Shown: positions 26,489-39,709 of the stretch, one piece after another
Layout of the letters: every line of letters starts with the position of its first letter
Numbering within the stretch: the first letter of the stretch is position 1
Assembly (NCBI RefSeq): GCF_964355755.1
Contig: NC_092676.1
Span: 7,851,888-7,915,887, forward strand
Reading direction: 5' to 3'
From: Antedon mediterranea
Lineage: Eukaryota > Animalia > Echinodermata
DNA length: 64,000 nt
Position numbers and translations under genes: made by a program
The notes under the pieces: model-generated
The model's database searches: none
What the model was told of the DNA's origin: nothing
What the model saw: only the letters and a program-made list of their open reading frames with translations

Positions 26489-29400
26489 TTAATATTTAGA
26501 AATGAGGAAAGATTTGAATGTTTTATTAAATAAAAATTTAGTAGCCGAATGTTTAATTTGAAAAGGAATTTTATTCCAATTCATGGGACCAGTATATCTG
26601 ATTGAATGTTTAAAGGCAGTGAGTCTTGGTTTTGGCAAATGTAGGTCTTGTGAAATACGAGTATTATAATTATGAACTTCGTGATTAAATTTGAAAAGAT
26701 GAGATGAAGGAGATTCAGCTGTCAAAGAGTCATAAATAAATGACATTTGTTGAAAAAGATTGATATCAGCTAATTTAAGAAAATTATGTACGGAAAAAAT
26801 AGGGGAAGTATGAGAAAGACGATTCGAATGGGTAATAAGCCTAATGGCCTTTTTTTGTAAAATAATAAGTCTATCAATAGATGTCTTGTAATTATTAGCC
26901 CAAACAATATTGCAATAATTTAGGTAGGGCAAAATAAGAGAGCAATATAATAAACGCAAAATTGTTAAAGGGATATAGTGAGAAAGCCTATAGATAATTC
27001 CTATATTTTTTTAAACCTTCGAAGCAACCGAATCAATATGATATTTCCATGTTAATTTAGAGTCAAGGAAAACTCCAAGAAACTGGACGGTATCAGTGAG
27101 CGGAATATTAATATTATTTAACAAAATTAAGTTATTTCCAAGAATGAAGGATTTGTTAGGACTGTGAAAAATAATAGCACTGCATTTTTTAAAGTTTACC
27201 GAAAGTTTATTAGCTGAAAAATATTTTAAAACAGACTTAAGTTCGTTGTTAACAACATCAAATAGTGTATTAATGTCACTATGCGAATATAAAATAGTGG
27301 TGTCATCAGCATATAAGAAAGACGAGAGAATGGAGGAATTATAAAAATCATTAATATAAATTATGAATAATAGAGGGCCAAGCAATGACCCTTGTGGAAC
27401 GCCACACGAGATGGATCGGAAATCCGATGTATTATTATTGAATTTTGTGCACTGAGTGCGGTCAAGAAGATAGCTCTTGAATAAATCAAGTGCAATCCCT
27501 CTAACGCCATAGTGAGAAAGCTTAGATAACAAGATGTTGTGGTCAATGGTGTCAAAAGCTTTCGATAAATCAATCAAAATTCCCATGGATAATTTATTTT
27601 CTTCAAAAGCATCTAAAATATAGTTAGTCAGCTCAATAAGTGCCATTGAGGTGGAGTAGCCTTTTCTAAATCCAAACTGATGCTGAAAGAGGACATTATT
27701 CTTTTGAAGAAAGGAATAAGTTCGATCATATATAATGCGTTCAAATAATTTCGAAAAAATAGAGAGAATAGAAATAGGGCGGTAGTTGCTGATTTCAGAG
27801 GTGTTACCGGATTTAAAGACGGGAGTTACAATAGCGCGCTTTAATTTGTCTGGAAAAATACCGCATGAAATCGAAGAATTAAAGATATGACAAAGGGGTT
27901 TGGAAATAAAATATGCAGATTGTTTAATAACAAAAGTATTAAATCCATCCAAACCAGGAGCTTTGTTGTTGCCAAATGAGGAAATAATTTTGAGAATTTC
28001 ATTTTCATCAACTGGGTTTATAAATAGAGACTGCGCAACGGAATTGGGTAAATAGTCAGTAATACTAATATTGCGATCATGTGGAATTTTACTGGCAAGT
28101 GTGGGTCCAATGTCAACAAAAAAGTCATTGAAGCTATTAGCAATACTCTTTGGATCGCTAGTTAAGGTACCATTACAATTAATACGTTTTACATTGTTGC
28201 TTTTGCTGGGAGTAGTTTGAAGTACATTTCTAATTGTAGACCAAGTTTTTTTAATATTGTGTTGATGTTTGGTGAAGAGCTTAAGAAAGTAATCAGATTT
28301 TGAAGAGCGAATTATAGTAATGAGCAAATTACGATATCGTTTAAACATCGTTTCATTCTTAGACGTTGGGTTTTTTAAAAATCTGGAATAAAGTTTTTGC
28401 TTGTGCTTAATCGATTTAAGAATGCTACTTGTAACCCAGGGCTGGATATTTACATTCTTTTTTAATTTGGACTTAAAAGGAAAACAGGTATTATAAATGT
28501 CGTTTAAAGATGTTTCAAATAAGTTGTAAGCTGAATTTGGATCATTATTGGAAATAACATGATCCCATGACGTTAAATAAAGTTTTAATTTAAATTTGTT
28601 AATATTTTCGGGACTGAAATTTCTAGAGGGTGGAAGTTCATGATTATTATATTGTTTATCAATTGGAGTGTAAACAATATTAAACACAGGAAGATGATCG
28701 GTAGCATCGCAGAAGAAAGCTCCACTTAGATTTTCATATCGAAATTCGTTTGTATGAATATGATCTAAGAGGGTTGCCGTTGTATCGGTCATTCTAGTAG
28801 GTCTGTGAATAAGAGGTAGAAATGAGTTGCTAAAAAGAGAATTCATAAACATATTAACACGATTATCATACTGGTATTGGATTAAATCGATATTAAAGTC
28901 TCCGAGTAAGTAAACAGATTTCTTTTCACCATTTAATTTAATTAATATATCATCAAACAAATCAGAAAAATAATTAAAATCAAGACTACCAGCTCTATAA
29001 ATACAACCGATAATAATATTAGATTGTGAGGATTGTTCAATTTCGATAAAGATAGAGTCACAAACAGATTCAGGCATGCTGACATCATGTCGAACTTTAA
29101 ATGAAAGATGTTCGTGGACATATATACCAACACCACCGCCGCGCTTAAGTTCTCTGTTTTTAGAAACAAAAGCGTAATTTGGAATTTGAACAACTGGATT
29201 ATCAGTGTCAAGCCATGTTTCACTACTTGCAATGATATCAAAAGTAAAATTAATGGATTTAAGAAACGTACATATAGAATCAATGTTACGTTGTAAGCTT
29301 CTAGAGTTAAAGTGTATCATTGATAGACAATTGTTTCTATCAATATTTTTAGTGGCATTTATAAAATCATCAGAGTGGTAGTATTTAGAAATAATTTTAT

Positions 29401-29545
29401 TGGTGTAAAATTGATTATCAGGATCTCTTTCAGAATTTAAATTTTCAGCGTTCGAGAAGGGGTTAAATACAATATCATCATGCGTGCCCCTGGAGGGATG
29501 CGTAGGACGAGACGACATAGAACAATTAGACGGAACATTAAACAT
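26489..29545 (-). CDS. LINE ORF2 endonuclease-reverse transcriptase with one in-frame nonsense codon (27011-27013)
   Basis: APE motifs (HFNSRSL, SETWL, GDFN, TDHLP) and RT motifs (YRPISIL, DLSKAFD, GVPQGS, YADD). The two listed ORFs share a frame and join as KV*KNIGII. Confidence 0.93.
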
Positions 29546-29732
29546 TGATAAAATAAAAAACTAGCAAATGAAAGAGCAGCCGAGATCGATTCAGGACATG
29601 TTTAGAGACGAGGCAAAAATTCAAAATGCAAAATTAGACAGCAGTAAATATAAAGCAAATAGGTGTACAATTGATCAAGTGAAATCAATATATGCGGACA
29701 GAAAAATCGGTACAAATTATGCAAGTACAGAA

Positions 29733-29998
29733 TTCAATTGAACAAAGAACATACACAGATGCATATACAGTTAAATATTCAAGGAAGAAAACAAGATATG
29801 CAAATATCAAAAGGTGGTACAGATATGCAAATACGGAATTCAATTGAACAAAGACATACACTAATATGCTAATACAGTTAAAATATTCAAGGAAGAAAAA
29901 CAAGATATGCAAATATCAAAAGGTGGTACAGATATGCAAATACGGAATTTAATTGAACACATACACTAATATGCTAATACGGTTTGAATGTTCAAGGA
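29733..29998. repeat. ~107-bp tandem repeat (~2.5 copies) in the LINE inter-ORF spacer
   Basis: AATTCAATTGAACAAAG...CAAGATATGCAAATATCAAAAGGTGGTACAGATATGCAAATACGG repeated. Confidence 0.8.
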
Positions 29999-30149
29999 CG
30001 TAAACAACAAGAACCGACTAATTTATTCAAGATGCAATGAAATAATAAAATGGCGGTTACAGCAGGCATTAACTATTCACAAAGAAAAAACAAAAAAACA
30101 ACAAAAGAAAACAGTTCTTTTTGTAGTCAGTCTGAGTAATCTTGAGAAA

Positions 30150-30872
30150 TTAACCAAGTTGATCAAGCGATTTTATTAGCGCGGTGATTGTTGTCCCACG
30201 GTTGGTAAAAGTTGCATAAATTCGTCCTCCCGATGACCAGGATCTAGAAACGTTTTGGTGTGTATAAACACGATGCAAAAAGTCACTACGGGTCTTGGTC
30301 AGATCTTCATGTATTGATACACCAGAACCTTTGAGTTTTTTCCTAGACGTGATTATCTTGTTCCTTAGGTTATACGAAACGAGTTTAACTAAGATGGCTC
30401 TAGGTCGATCTGAGTTCTTCCTCCCAACGCGATGAGATCGGTCAATATCGCCAATACAACACTTAATACCAAGCTTGACATTACAAATATCACTCACAAC
30501 GTTATCCGTATTTTCGGCGTCAGACTCCTTCACACCGTATATCCTTAATGAGTTCCGACGGGAGTATTGCTCTAAATCATCGATCAAGGAATCTTGACGT
30601 CTAATTTTAAGTTCAAGTTCAGAAATAACAGTGATGTGAGTCGGAACAGATTTTGTAATGTCCTCTAGTTCACTAATTCTAGTTTCACCCTGGTCTAACC
30701 TATCAAACAAGGGTTTCAATTTAGCTTCCATTTTTTCATTGAAAACTTCATCCAATATCGCTTTCATGGTTGCTCGAAAGGCGGGACCGGTCAGCGCTGT
30801 TGAGATACTGTCTGATATTAGTTTACTCAACTCGGCCGAAGCTAGAACATCAAATACGGCTTTAGAAGGCAT
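30150..30872 (-). CDS. LINE ORF1 protein (coiled coil + L1/Tnp22-like RRM domain)
   Basis: Heptad-rich N-half; LEQYSRRNSLRIYGV, IDRSHRVG, PRAILVK, IHEDLT. Confidence 0.9.
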   Translation of the reverse strand: MPSKAVFDVLASAELSKLISDSISTALTGPAFRATMKAILDEVFNEKMEAKLKPLFDRLDQGETRISELEDITKSVPTHITVISELELKIRRQDSLIDDLEQYSRRNSLRIYGVKESDAENTDNVVSDICNVKLGIKCCIGDIDRSHRVGRKNSDRPRAILVKLVSYNLRNKIITSRKKLKGSGVSIHEDLTKTRSDFLHRVYTHQNVSRSWSSGGRIYATFTNRGTTITALIKSLDQLG

Positions 30873-31429
30873 CCTCTTAGTTCGTCAGTAGACAGTTCAA
30901 ATAAATCAAATATAAATAAAACTCAAAACTCACGTATCCAATACACATACAAGGTAATGAGGCACTGTTGAATAGTATACAGTAATTGCCACGAGTCAAA
31001 CATGCAAGTTGGCTTACAGCATTGTATGCGGAGCCAAATAACAGACGATGTTACGATGAAACATGTGCGCTTTACAACAAACGTCAGAGTTAATCATCTT
31101 TTTTAGAATCATTTTAATGATAGCAATAAAAGAATATGAAACTAATCCGTAAACTTTACAAAGCTACCAAGACGAAAACTACATAATTGTATTTTGTTTA
31201 CCAGTTAAGGTGCACAGACTGCTAGTACATAACTAAGTATTCTCAGTTATCTGAGTACCTAGACAAATCAAAACCAAATTATATATTGCCAACATAAAGA
31301 AGCAGATCAAATAAGATCAGAATTAATATTGCAGGCCTCTACAACCGTGTTCTGACCATCTTTGCAAAATAAATGTTGAAAAGTTTTAGGCCTATAAGTT
31401 GTGTTTTAACCGTTTATTTTATTCAAGGT

Positions 31430-31990
31430 CAGGGTAACATTTTATGTCTGATTTGATTAATTACAGTATTAGGCCTATAATTATATTAATTAAAATTATA
31501 ATGAAATAGCATAACTTTAGTGATCAAATAATTTGATTACATGTAAAACCATCGATATCATAGTTTAGACAACTTTGCATTTATTTGGTAACTAATATGC
31601 ATATTAAAATGTTGACCTTTGACCTTATGTCAACTGATGAAATAATGTGATAACCTCTTTTACATTGCGTATGATTGATTAATAGGATGAGAAAATATCA
31701 ATTTTTGTTAAATAGTTTTTATTTCGTTTTATAGGTACGTTCTATAATTGGTCAATATTGACATTTGACTCTTAATCACAAAGGGATTTTTTTTCATAAG
31801 GTGATTGAATAGACACCTATAATCATAAAAATGTAATAAAAGACCAAATTGTGCTTCAATTTGTTATAATACATACATAATACATTGTTGTAATTGGTCA
31901 ATTTTGAACTTTGACCCCTTATATCTCGAAAACGCTTCCTATCCTGATCAATTACCTTCCATATTCGTAATCTGCGGAAAATTCTGGTTA
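31430..31990 (-). repeat. Inverted partial copy of the 23342-24900 repeat family
   Basis: Reverse-complement match, e.g. TGAACTTTGACCCCTTATATCTCGAAAACGCTTCCTATCCTGATC. Confidence 0.75.
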
Positions 31991-32549
31991 GGTTAAAACT
32001 ATAGAGGGTTTGAATCCACACGTGAATAGTTTTCACGCGGTATAACCGAAAATGATCTCGCTTCGCGCTGCTAGGATAGCTGCTGCAAAAAACTTAAGTT
32101 TTGAATTTGACACTAAAATGTTTTCATGTTAGTCTAACATTGTACTTTCAGACATGTTCGGACGCTACTGCTCTTTACCAGCTAGGCCTACAAAACCAAG
32201 CCCAACTAAGTTAGGTTTTGAAACGTCTACGAGAGACTACTTTCAACGCGATGTACTTAGGTAGTACATTGTTTTTCTCTTTTTATCATAATTAACCTTA
32301 ATAGAATGCACCTTTAAGAAAATAAATGACCTGGTTTAATGTTTTTAAAGTTATACAGTATATAATTATATGCATTCATTTTTTTTTGTCTTTAAATCGG
32401 AAGAAAAAAAGTACAGTAACTCGACCGATCTGCACTGCGAACGTCCATCACAGACGGTGTGTTTTGCAAGTATGACGTCATGAGCTCAGGCATGCATCAT
32501 GAATATTCATGATATATGCACGCCCTCTATAGTTTCTGCCTTAACCTAA
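31988..32549. mobile_element. Short TIR non-autonomous DNA element
   Basis: Inverted ends TTAGGTTAA..AAACTATAGAGGG / CCCTCTATAGTTT..TTAACCTAA. Confidence 0.55.
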
Positions 32550-32559
32550 TAAGACAAAA

Positions 32560-34640
32560 ATAATGCATCCGGTTTATGTTTAATACATTATTAAACCATC
32601 TAGAGCCAACACGATCTTTAGTAGTATTAAATGTGAATATAATGTAAAATCCCGTGCCGCTTTAGGTTCCTTGGACACAATACAGTCAATTCTCTAAAAA
32701 AATTAAGCCTGCTACAATTAAATACTGCGTCTGGACAGGAGATGCACATCATCACAAATACATGAGCCGATAAATGATATAAATTATGATGAAATCGATG
32801 CTTTCACCGAAAATAATTTTGAATTCGAACACATCACATGTGAATTTGTATATAAATACTTAAGCAATCTTTCAAAAAACAAAGCCACTGGTCATGATAA
32901 CTTACCACCGGGCATTCTAAAACTGTCTGCCCCGATTATATCCCCAACAATTACAAGAATCATAAATCACTCCTTCACAACATGTAAATTCCCAAATACG
33001 TGGAAAATAGCAAAGGTCACGCCAATTTTTAAGAATGGTGAAAAAACTAACCCTAATAATTATCGTCCCATTTCCGTCCTACCTATACTTTCAAAAAATA
33101 ATTGAACGAGTCGTTTTTAATCAACTTTATGCTTTTTTGAATAATAATAATCTGCTATGTATAAATCAATCAGGTTTTCGACCATCATACTCAACATCTA
33201 CTGCACTTACAAAAGTGACGGAAGACTGGTATAGTGCAATAGACGAGGGTAACCTGGTCGGAATCTGTTTACTAGATTTTAAAAAGGCCTTTGATACGGT
33301 AAACCATAACATACTATTAAGCAAATTGAGACTTTATGGTTTAAGTAAGTATGTTTTAAAATGGTTCGAGAGCTATCTGTCTGAGTGAAAGCAATTCACA
33401 AATGTAAATAATACATTGTCTGACTATACACACATCCAATGTGGAGTGCCTCAGGGGTCAATCGTGGGCCCACTTGCTTTCCTCTTATATATAAATGACC
33501 TATCGAAAGTTGCAAATAAATGTAAAATAAGTATGTATGCTGACGATACTATAATTTATTGTTCTTCAAAAAATGAAAATGAAATATACCAAAGTATAAA
33601 TGAAGAACTTATACAAATCGACGATTGGTTAAAAAATAATAAATTGAGTCTAAATGTCTCTAAATCCGAGTTCATGTTGATCGGATCGACAAACCGATTG
33701 GCAACCACCAAAGAAAAAAATAGATCAGTTAATATAGATAACGATGTTGTACCACGCGTTCGATATTGCAAACATCTCGGTATCATAATAGACGAACATT
33801 TATCATGGAAAAATCAGATTGAATACATTCGAGGTAAAGCTCTAAATGGATTGGGTATGCTTAGACGATGTAGCTATTATTTTCCACAAAACATATTAAA
33901 ACATATTGCAAACTCTATTGTAATACCCTACTATTGCTATTGTAACATAATTTGGGGAAATAATAGTCAAACTCTAATGAAAAGAGTTCAAACTATCCAA
34001 AACAGAACAGCTCGAATCGTGTGTGGTCTAACATGGGACACACCTAGTAGTGAGGCACTAAGGCAAATTAATTGGTCACCTTTATTTTATCAAGATAGAT
34101 ATGAATGTTGTATGGTTATATATAAGGTTTTGACAGATAATGCCCCACCTTACCTAAATAATGTATTTACATTCAATGATATAAATCATAATCTAAGGCA
34201 CAGTGATACACATCTATTCATCCCAAAGCCAAAAACCGATTTTAAAAAACGAAGTCTGTCTTATCGTGGAGCAATATGGAATAGTCTCAATGTTGATACC
34301 CTTCCAAATTCAGTTAAGTTGTTTAAAACGTATCTGAAAAATGCATTGTAAAACATAATGGTATGGTAATCTACGATCTACATCCAACTTTTAAAATGGC
34401 TAAATACTATGTAAAATGTGTGTTTTATCACTATTATTTTAAGGTAAATGAAATCCAAAAGATTTATTATGTATTACAGTTGAATCCCCATGAATTCTAC
34501 ACTTCGATAAGGGTTTCCGTTTACACGGGAAGTACCGGTATGGTGTACCCTAAATAGAGGTGTCAGATGAAGGGGATTCTGCTGTAATTTTGTTTCTTTT
34601 CAATTTCAATTTTGTTCGTTTCTGTTGTATTTATATGGTG
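32560..34640 (+). mobile_element. 5'-truncated CR1/L2-group LINE (RT with frameshift and stop)
   Basis: KATGHDNLP, QSGFRP, DFKKAFDTV, CGVPQGS, MYADDT. Confidence 0.9.
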
Positions 34641-35499
34641 TTGATTTTTTTGTTTGTTTTGTAATACAGTATCACGAACTTGTGTAAAAACAATCAATAT
34701 TGATTGAACGAGTTGTACTGCACATCAGTCTCGTGTCTAAATAAAGTTTATATATATATATACACGGCTGTTGTAAATGTACTGACTGTTCTATGACAAT
34801 TGTAATTGGACCTGGGGAGCCGGGGCGCCCTCTACGCCAATTAGTATAACCAAGGAACACAAACACCTGAGTACGGATACTTCTTTGTCTTTATTCTAAA
34901 TCGGTAAAACTGTAAGCAAACATAATCAATACATAGTGAAATATTAAATTCTCTACAAACAGAGATTATCAACTGTGTACAATCTTCAAATTCTGACAAT
35001 ACAATTTAGCATTAAGCATAAAATTGTACTCTCGCACATAAAATTTATGATAAAATGGCACCTCACACTAGTTAGTCTATACAAGCTTCCATCTTAATGA
35101 TTGCTTCAGTAACATCCCTCTGCACTGGGCGGTAATTTTTCAGCATGTTATGATCCAAGTTTTGCTTTTTGTTATTAAAGGAAGAACGTGAGCAATTTTC
35201 AGTTCTTCTGGCACTATGAAAAAAGACAATTTGTGAATATCAAGTGCTCAATTTGATATTCCAGCGACAGTAAAACTTATTTGATGAAAAAACCATCTGC
35301 AAACAGATAAAACGTTGCTATGCACAGAGCAATATAGAGCAGCTGCCACATGGGCCCTGCAAGACCATTGCGACTGCAGCCATGTATATGGCCTATATGT
35401 TACTATGATTACAGAATCTATAATTACAAATACTGAAACACAAAATGTCCCGTTGCCATGTGAAATAAAAAAAAACATATTTTAATCAGATCAGATCAG

Positions 35500-35685
35500 T
35501 CATGGCAAAAGGCCAGGTGGCAAAAGCCCGGGTGGCAAAAGACTAGGTGGCAACATACCTACGGTGGTAACAAGCCGGATGAAGAAATGGATCGGGAGGT
35601 AATTGGCCGGGTGGCAATAGGCCGGTGGCAAAAGACCGGGTGGCAAAGGCCGGATGACTATTAGGCCGGGTTGCAAAAGGCAAAG
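35500..35685. repeat. Degenerate 16-bp tandem repeat (GGTGGCAAAAGACCGG-like), likely a DNA-transposon subterminal remnant
   Basis: About 9 degenerate GGTGGCAAAAG units. Confidence 0.6.
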
Positions 35686-35720
35686 GTAAGCACTCAATTT
35701 TCTTATTTTTCAATCCTTAG

Positions 35721-38500
35721 GTTATTATTGATACGCAAAATATCAAGTCAAACACCATTAAATTACAGGGCAGACGTGTTAATTTAATGAAAGCTCAAAC
35801 AGCCATATTTGATTTGACTTGTAAACTACATGAAGCGGAAAATGAAAAACTACATGAAGCGGAAAAACGAGAAAGGGAAAAACTCCATGAAGAAAAACAA
35901 GAAAAAGAAAATCAGTTAATTTTAAAAGATGTGAAATGGTTTTATAAGGTTGACAATAATCACACGGTTGCATTTAATGATGATATTACAGTATTGCTTG
36001 AGAAAGCCTACAAGAAAAAGGAAAAATGGGTAAAGTATTATGGAAGTAACAATCACGAATACGAGGTCAACTTCAAGAAGAAGAGCGAAACAGATTTACA
36101 GTTAATGAAAACCTACCGTGTTTATCGTACTATTTTAAAAGGTACGTTTACTGTATAACATTTTTATCATCATTAGGCTAAAGTCTACTATTTTAAACGT
36201 TAAAACGAAAAATAGGAGCGCCGGATATCAAGCATAACGGGCCCAAGCTGAAATAGAAGAACTTATCATCATCTTTTTTTAAAAGGTAGTGAATTGAAGG
36301 AGGAGGTAAACAACCCTTGATTTGAAAATCACAAATACATTTTTTAAGCAACTCAGTGGCTATGAGCTTTGAATCACCATTTAGGTGGAAAGGGCGTTGT
36401 AAAAGCAGAATACTAAACTTTTGTTTATTATTTAAGATGGTGTGAGGCTTCCTCCTAATTGGACTCCAATGAAGAGAGATGAAAATCTGAAAGTAGAAGA
36501 TCTTAATCCGAGTAGTAGCGAGTATAAGCTAGTTGAGCGTCAGTTTACTGATGCATTGGCGGGCCAATATGAACTGCAGTCTATTGTCAAGGTTAAATTT
36601 TCATATTCTATTAATTATTTTTCTTTCACCCCACTTTTATTAAAAGCGCATTGAGACGAAACTGTTTGTGGAACGCGCTATAAAATAGAGTTATTCAAAG
36701 GCTTGTGCAGTTTTTGCTTAGTTTTGAATTATTTGTTTGCATCAGGATTTAGTATTTTTTATTCCCTTCTAATAGTATTACATTACTGAAATGTATATTA
36801 TTTTACAGTATTCAGATGAATTATTAAAAAAGCAATTGGTTGTACAACTTAAAGGCAATAACTAAGTAACTACCAAATACGAATGTAATTGATTTCGTTA
36901 TAGATAAGTCGCATTCAGAATAGTGAGTTGTGGAAACAATATGCCGCTAAAAAGGAAACTTTTGAAATGATTATCGATAATCATGAATTTGAACAGTTAC
37001 TGTACCATGGGACTGATGAACAAACACTTCGCAAGATCTGCAATACTGGTTTCGACAGAGGCTATGCTGCTGCAAAAAATGGTAGTTTAAAGAATTGACA
37101 TTTTAAAATAGTTTAACGTAATTTTGTTGTACAATGCACATTCTTTTTGTATTTCTGATTTTGTTTTTTTATATTGTACGCATGTATTATAATAATGAAT
37201 ACTTTTGAGTTGGATAGTGAGAATATTTCACGAGTTGAAAGATACAGAATGTTCTATTGAACGAGGCAGAGAGCCGAGTTAAATAGAACAGTCAACATTT
37301 CAAGAAATAAAATACTCTCCCCCTTTAACGAATACAAAACATTCATTATTGTTTGGCCAGAAATCAGGTTAGGCCTACTGCTGCTTTCCTTCTTAGCGAT
37401 ACAACAAAAAAATGATATAGACTGATACGACTATGATCACCATTAGATATGTGATGCGTAATTAACCAATCAAATAGCAAGGTGTTCAGGTGTGTTGTAA
37501 TACGCGTTATTACCTCCGCCAAGGAGGTTATGTTTTCACCCCTGTATGTTTGTGTGTGTGTTTGTGTGTGTGTTTGTGTGTTTGTGTGTGTGTCTGTGAA
37601 CAGCCTGGAGGCCACAGTTTTTATCCGATTCTAACCAAATTTGGACACAATGATCTATGCCCAAAAAGCTCGGACGAGTTCGAATTTGAGGGGGAAAGGT
37701 CATAGGTCAAGGTCACAACTAACAAAAAACTATTTTACTGTCTAGAGACCACAGTTTTGATCTGATTCTCACCAAACTTAGCCACAATGATCAATGACAC
37801 ATCATATAATTGTGGTTACATTTTGAAGGGTCAGGGTCAAAGATCAAGGTCCACCAAAAAAAAAAAATAAAAAATAAAAAAATAATTAAAAAAAAAAACC
37901 CCTCAGTGGGGCTTGAACCAGCGACCTCAACTGTGAGAGGCTGGATACATAACCATTACACCACACTGTCATCCACAACTTTGTAGTGTGCAGTTAACAT
38001 ATTTACACTTAGAACTAATAAAAAAAAATGTTAAAAAAAAATATTCAGGGGGCATTTTATGTAGAGGAATTTTACAGTAGGCGGAGGTTTGTACTCTCGG
38101 AGTACCCTCTAGTTTCAGTCTCTTTTGCCTGATTTGTCATGTTGTCATTATTGTAGTAAAGTTTGTATTATTCATTATTTTTAATTTTTATTATTTCAAC
38201 TATACATACTTAAAATATGATATGTTTCTTTATTTAGCAGCGTATTATAGAAACGGAAGTTACTTTGCTGTCCATGCAAGTTATTCTACCCAACCGAAAT
38301 ATTCTCAACCAAATGCAAACGGAGAAAAACACATCTTCCTGTGTAACGTTCTTGTAGGTGAATGCTGCCAAGGAGAACAAGGCATGATTGTTCCATCTCC
38401 TAATTGTCAGAGTGCTTGTGATGATCCTACCGATCCTACAATTATTGTCACATTTAAAGATGCTCAAGCATATCCTAGTTATCTTATTACATTTAAGTAG
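35721..38500 (+). CDS. PARP14/15-like mono-ADP-ribosyltransferase, 3' exons (35721-36141, 36437-36591, 36904-37081, 38238-38500): KH-like segment, WWE, catalytic domain
   Basis: WWE (VKWFY..LEKAY..YEVNF), LPPNW, RIQN..W..Y, LYHGT, GFDRGY, GSYFA, KYS, IFLCNVLVG, IIVTF..QAYPSYLITF. Phase-compatible GT-AG junctions. 5' exons not found. Confidence 0.9.
37506..38115 (+). mobile_element. Helentron-type non-autonomous element (HINE) in PARP intron
   Basis: TTATTACCTCCGCCAAGGAGGT head, (TG) microsatellite, AAGGTCA motifs, 3' GGCGGAGGT subTIR + hairpin GTACTC-TCG-GAGTAC + CTAGTT. Confidence 0.8.
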
Positions 38501-39709
38501 ACTATCAATTATTACGGACATGTTGGCACCACCAGATGCGGCTTTCATAATGTTTGTGATAATCATGTCAATCTTTCGATTTTTGTCATATCATTTTACT
38601 GTATTAGCAAAGATTAGCTCAGAGTGACGCTTTTTAGTAAAATATTAAGAACTCATCCCATTCGTGCCATTTTCGAATGTAGTAAAATAAAGATATTCAG
38701 TTACTGCCCTAAACCCCCAAACAAATTACTAATGTTATTCATATATTTGAAATCTTTCCAGTGGTACAAGAGCGGTAATTTTGAAACCCCCAGCGATGCC
38801 TTCATACGCTTCCAACATCGTACCTTGCTATTTCGTGTTTTAAACACAAACAACATTTGTATAACGAACAAACATCCAAAGTGGGGAAAAGTGGAGAATT
38901 TTAACCCTATTTTGGCTGCTAACTTGGATGCAAGATGGCGGAAAAAATTTCAAATATAGTTTTAAACGTTCCCAGTACACTATTGGTCATGTCTATTACT
39001 CCATATGTATATACAGTATGCGTAAAGTAACAAGTTATTTTAATCTTACCCATTTCAACCTAACAATTCAGAGAAATGAAAATTTTCGTAACTTTAGAAA
39101 TTTTCTGTTTATAAAAATTTTAAAATAAATGGAAGTTGATAAATAGAAATGGACATCAGTATATACAATATAGTGCGATCGGTTATGTCGGATAACTAGT
39201 TCCGTTTCGATATTTATGCCAAAATAGATTTCTTGAGTTGCTCAATACAAAAAAAGTTAGGTGCTATTTTTTATCACCCTTGTTTCAGCTGCCATTATGA
39301 TTTTCAATATCCCTGACATTCCACACTAAACTTGGTCATCCATGATATAATCGGAGAGGGAATGTAATACTGATTTTTTTTAATCAAATTCACACCCATA
39401 ATTATTATCATATAGATAGTTATTTAACAATAAAACAAGTCATGTGACCAATAAAGGTCAAAAGGTCAATATATAACTTTCTCTACTCTAATACTATTCT
39501 GTTTGGTATCGCTGGATTGATTTTTTGATTCTGAATACACTTTTCTATGTCTGTGTCATAATTTTCATATACATACATTTTATTTTTCTTTTGAACACAT
39601 AGAACCTTATCACACTCTACAAAACCTAAAGTGTTTTAGTGGCATCAGTCACCAAATTAAAAAATAGTGTTTCTATTTATTCCAATTCGCAAATATTTTA
39701 TTTTTAACT

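Larger units (their letters stand above)
26200..31060 (-). mobile_element. Full-length CR1/L2-group (Crack-like) LINE, nearly intact
   Basis: 5'UTR, ORF1, ~600-bp spacer, ORF2 (APE+RT), 3'UTR with stem-loop-like segment and (TATT)n/AT tail. Ends are approximate. Confidence 0.9.
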
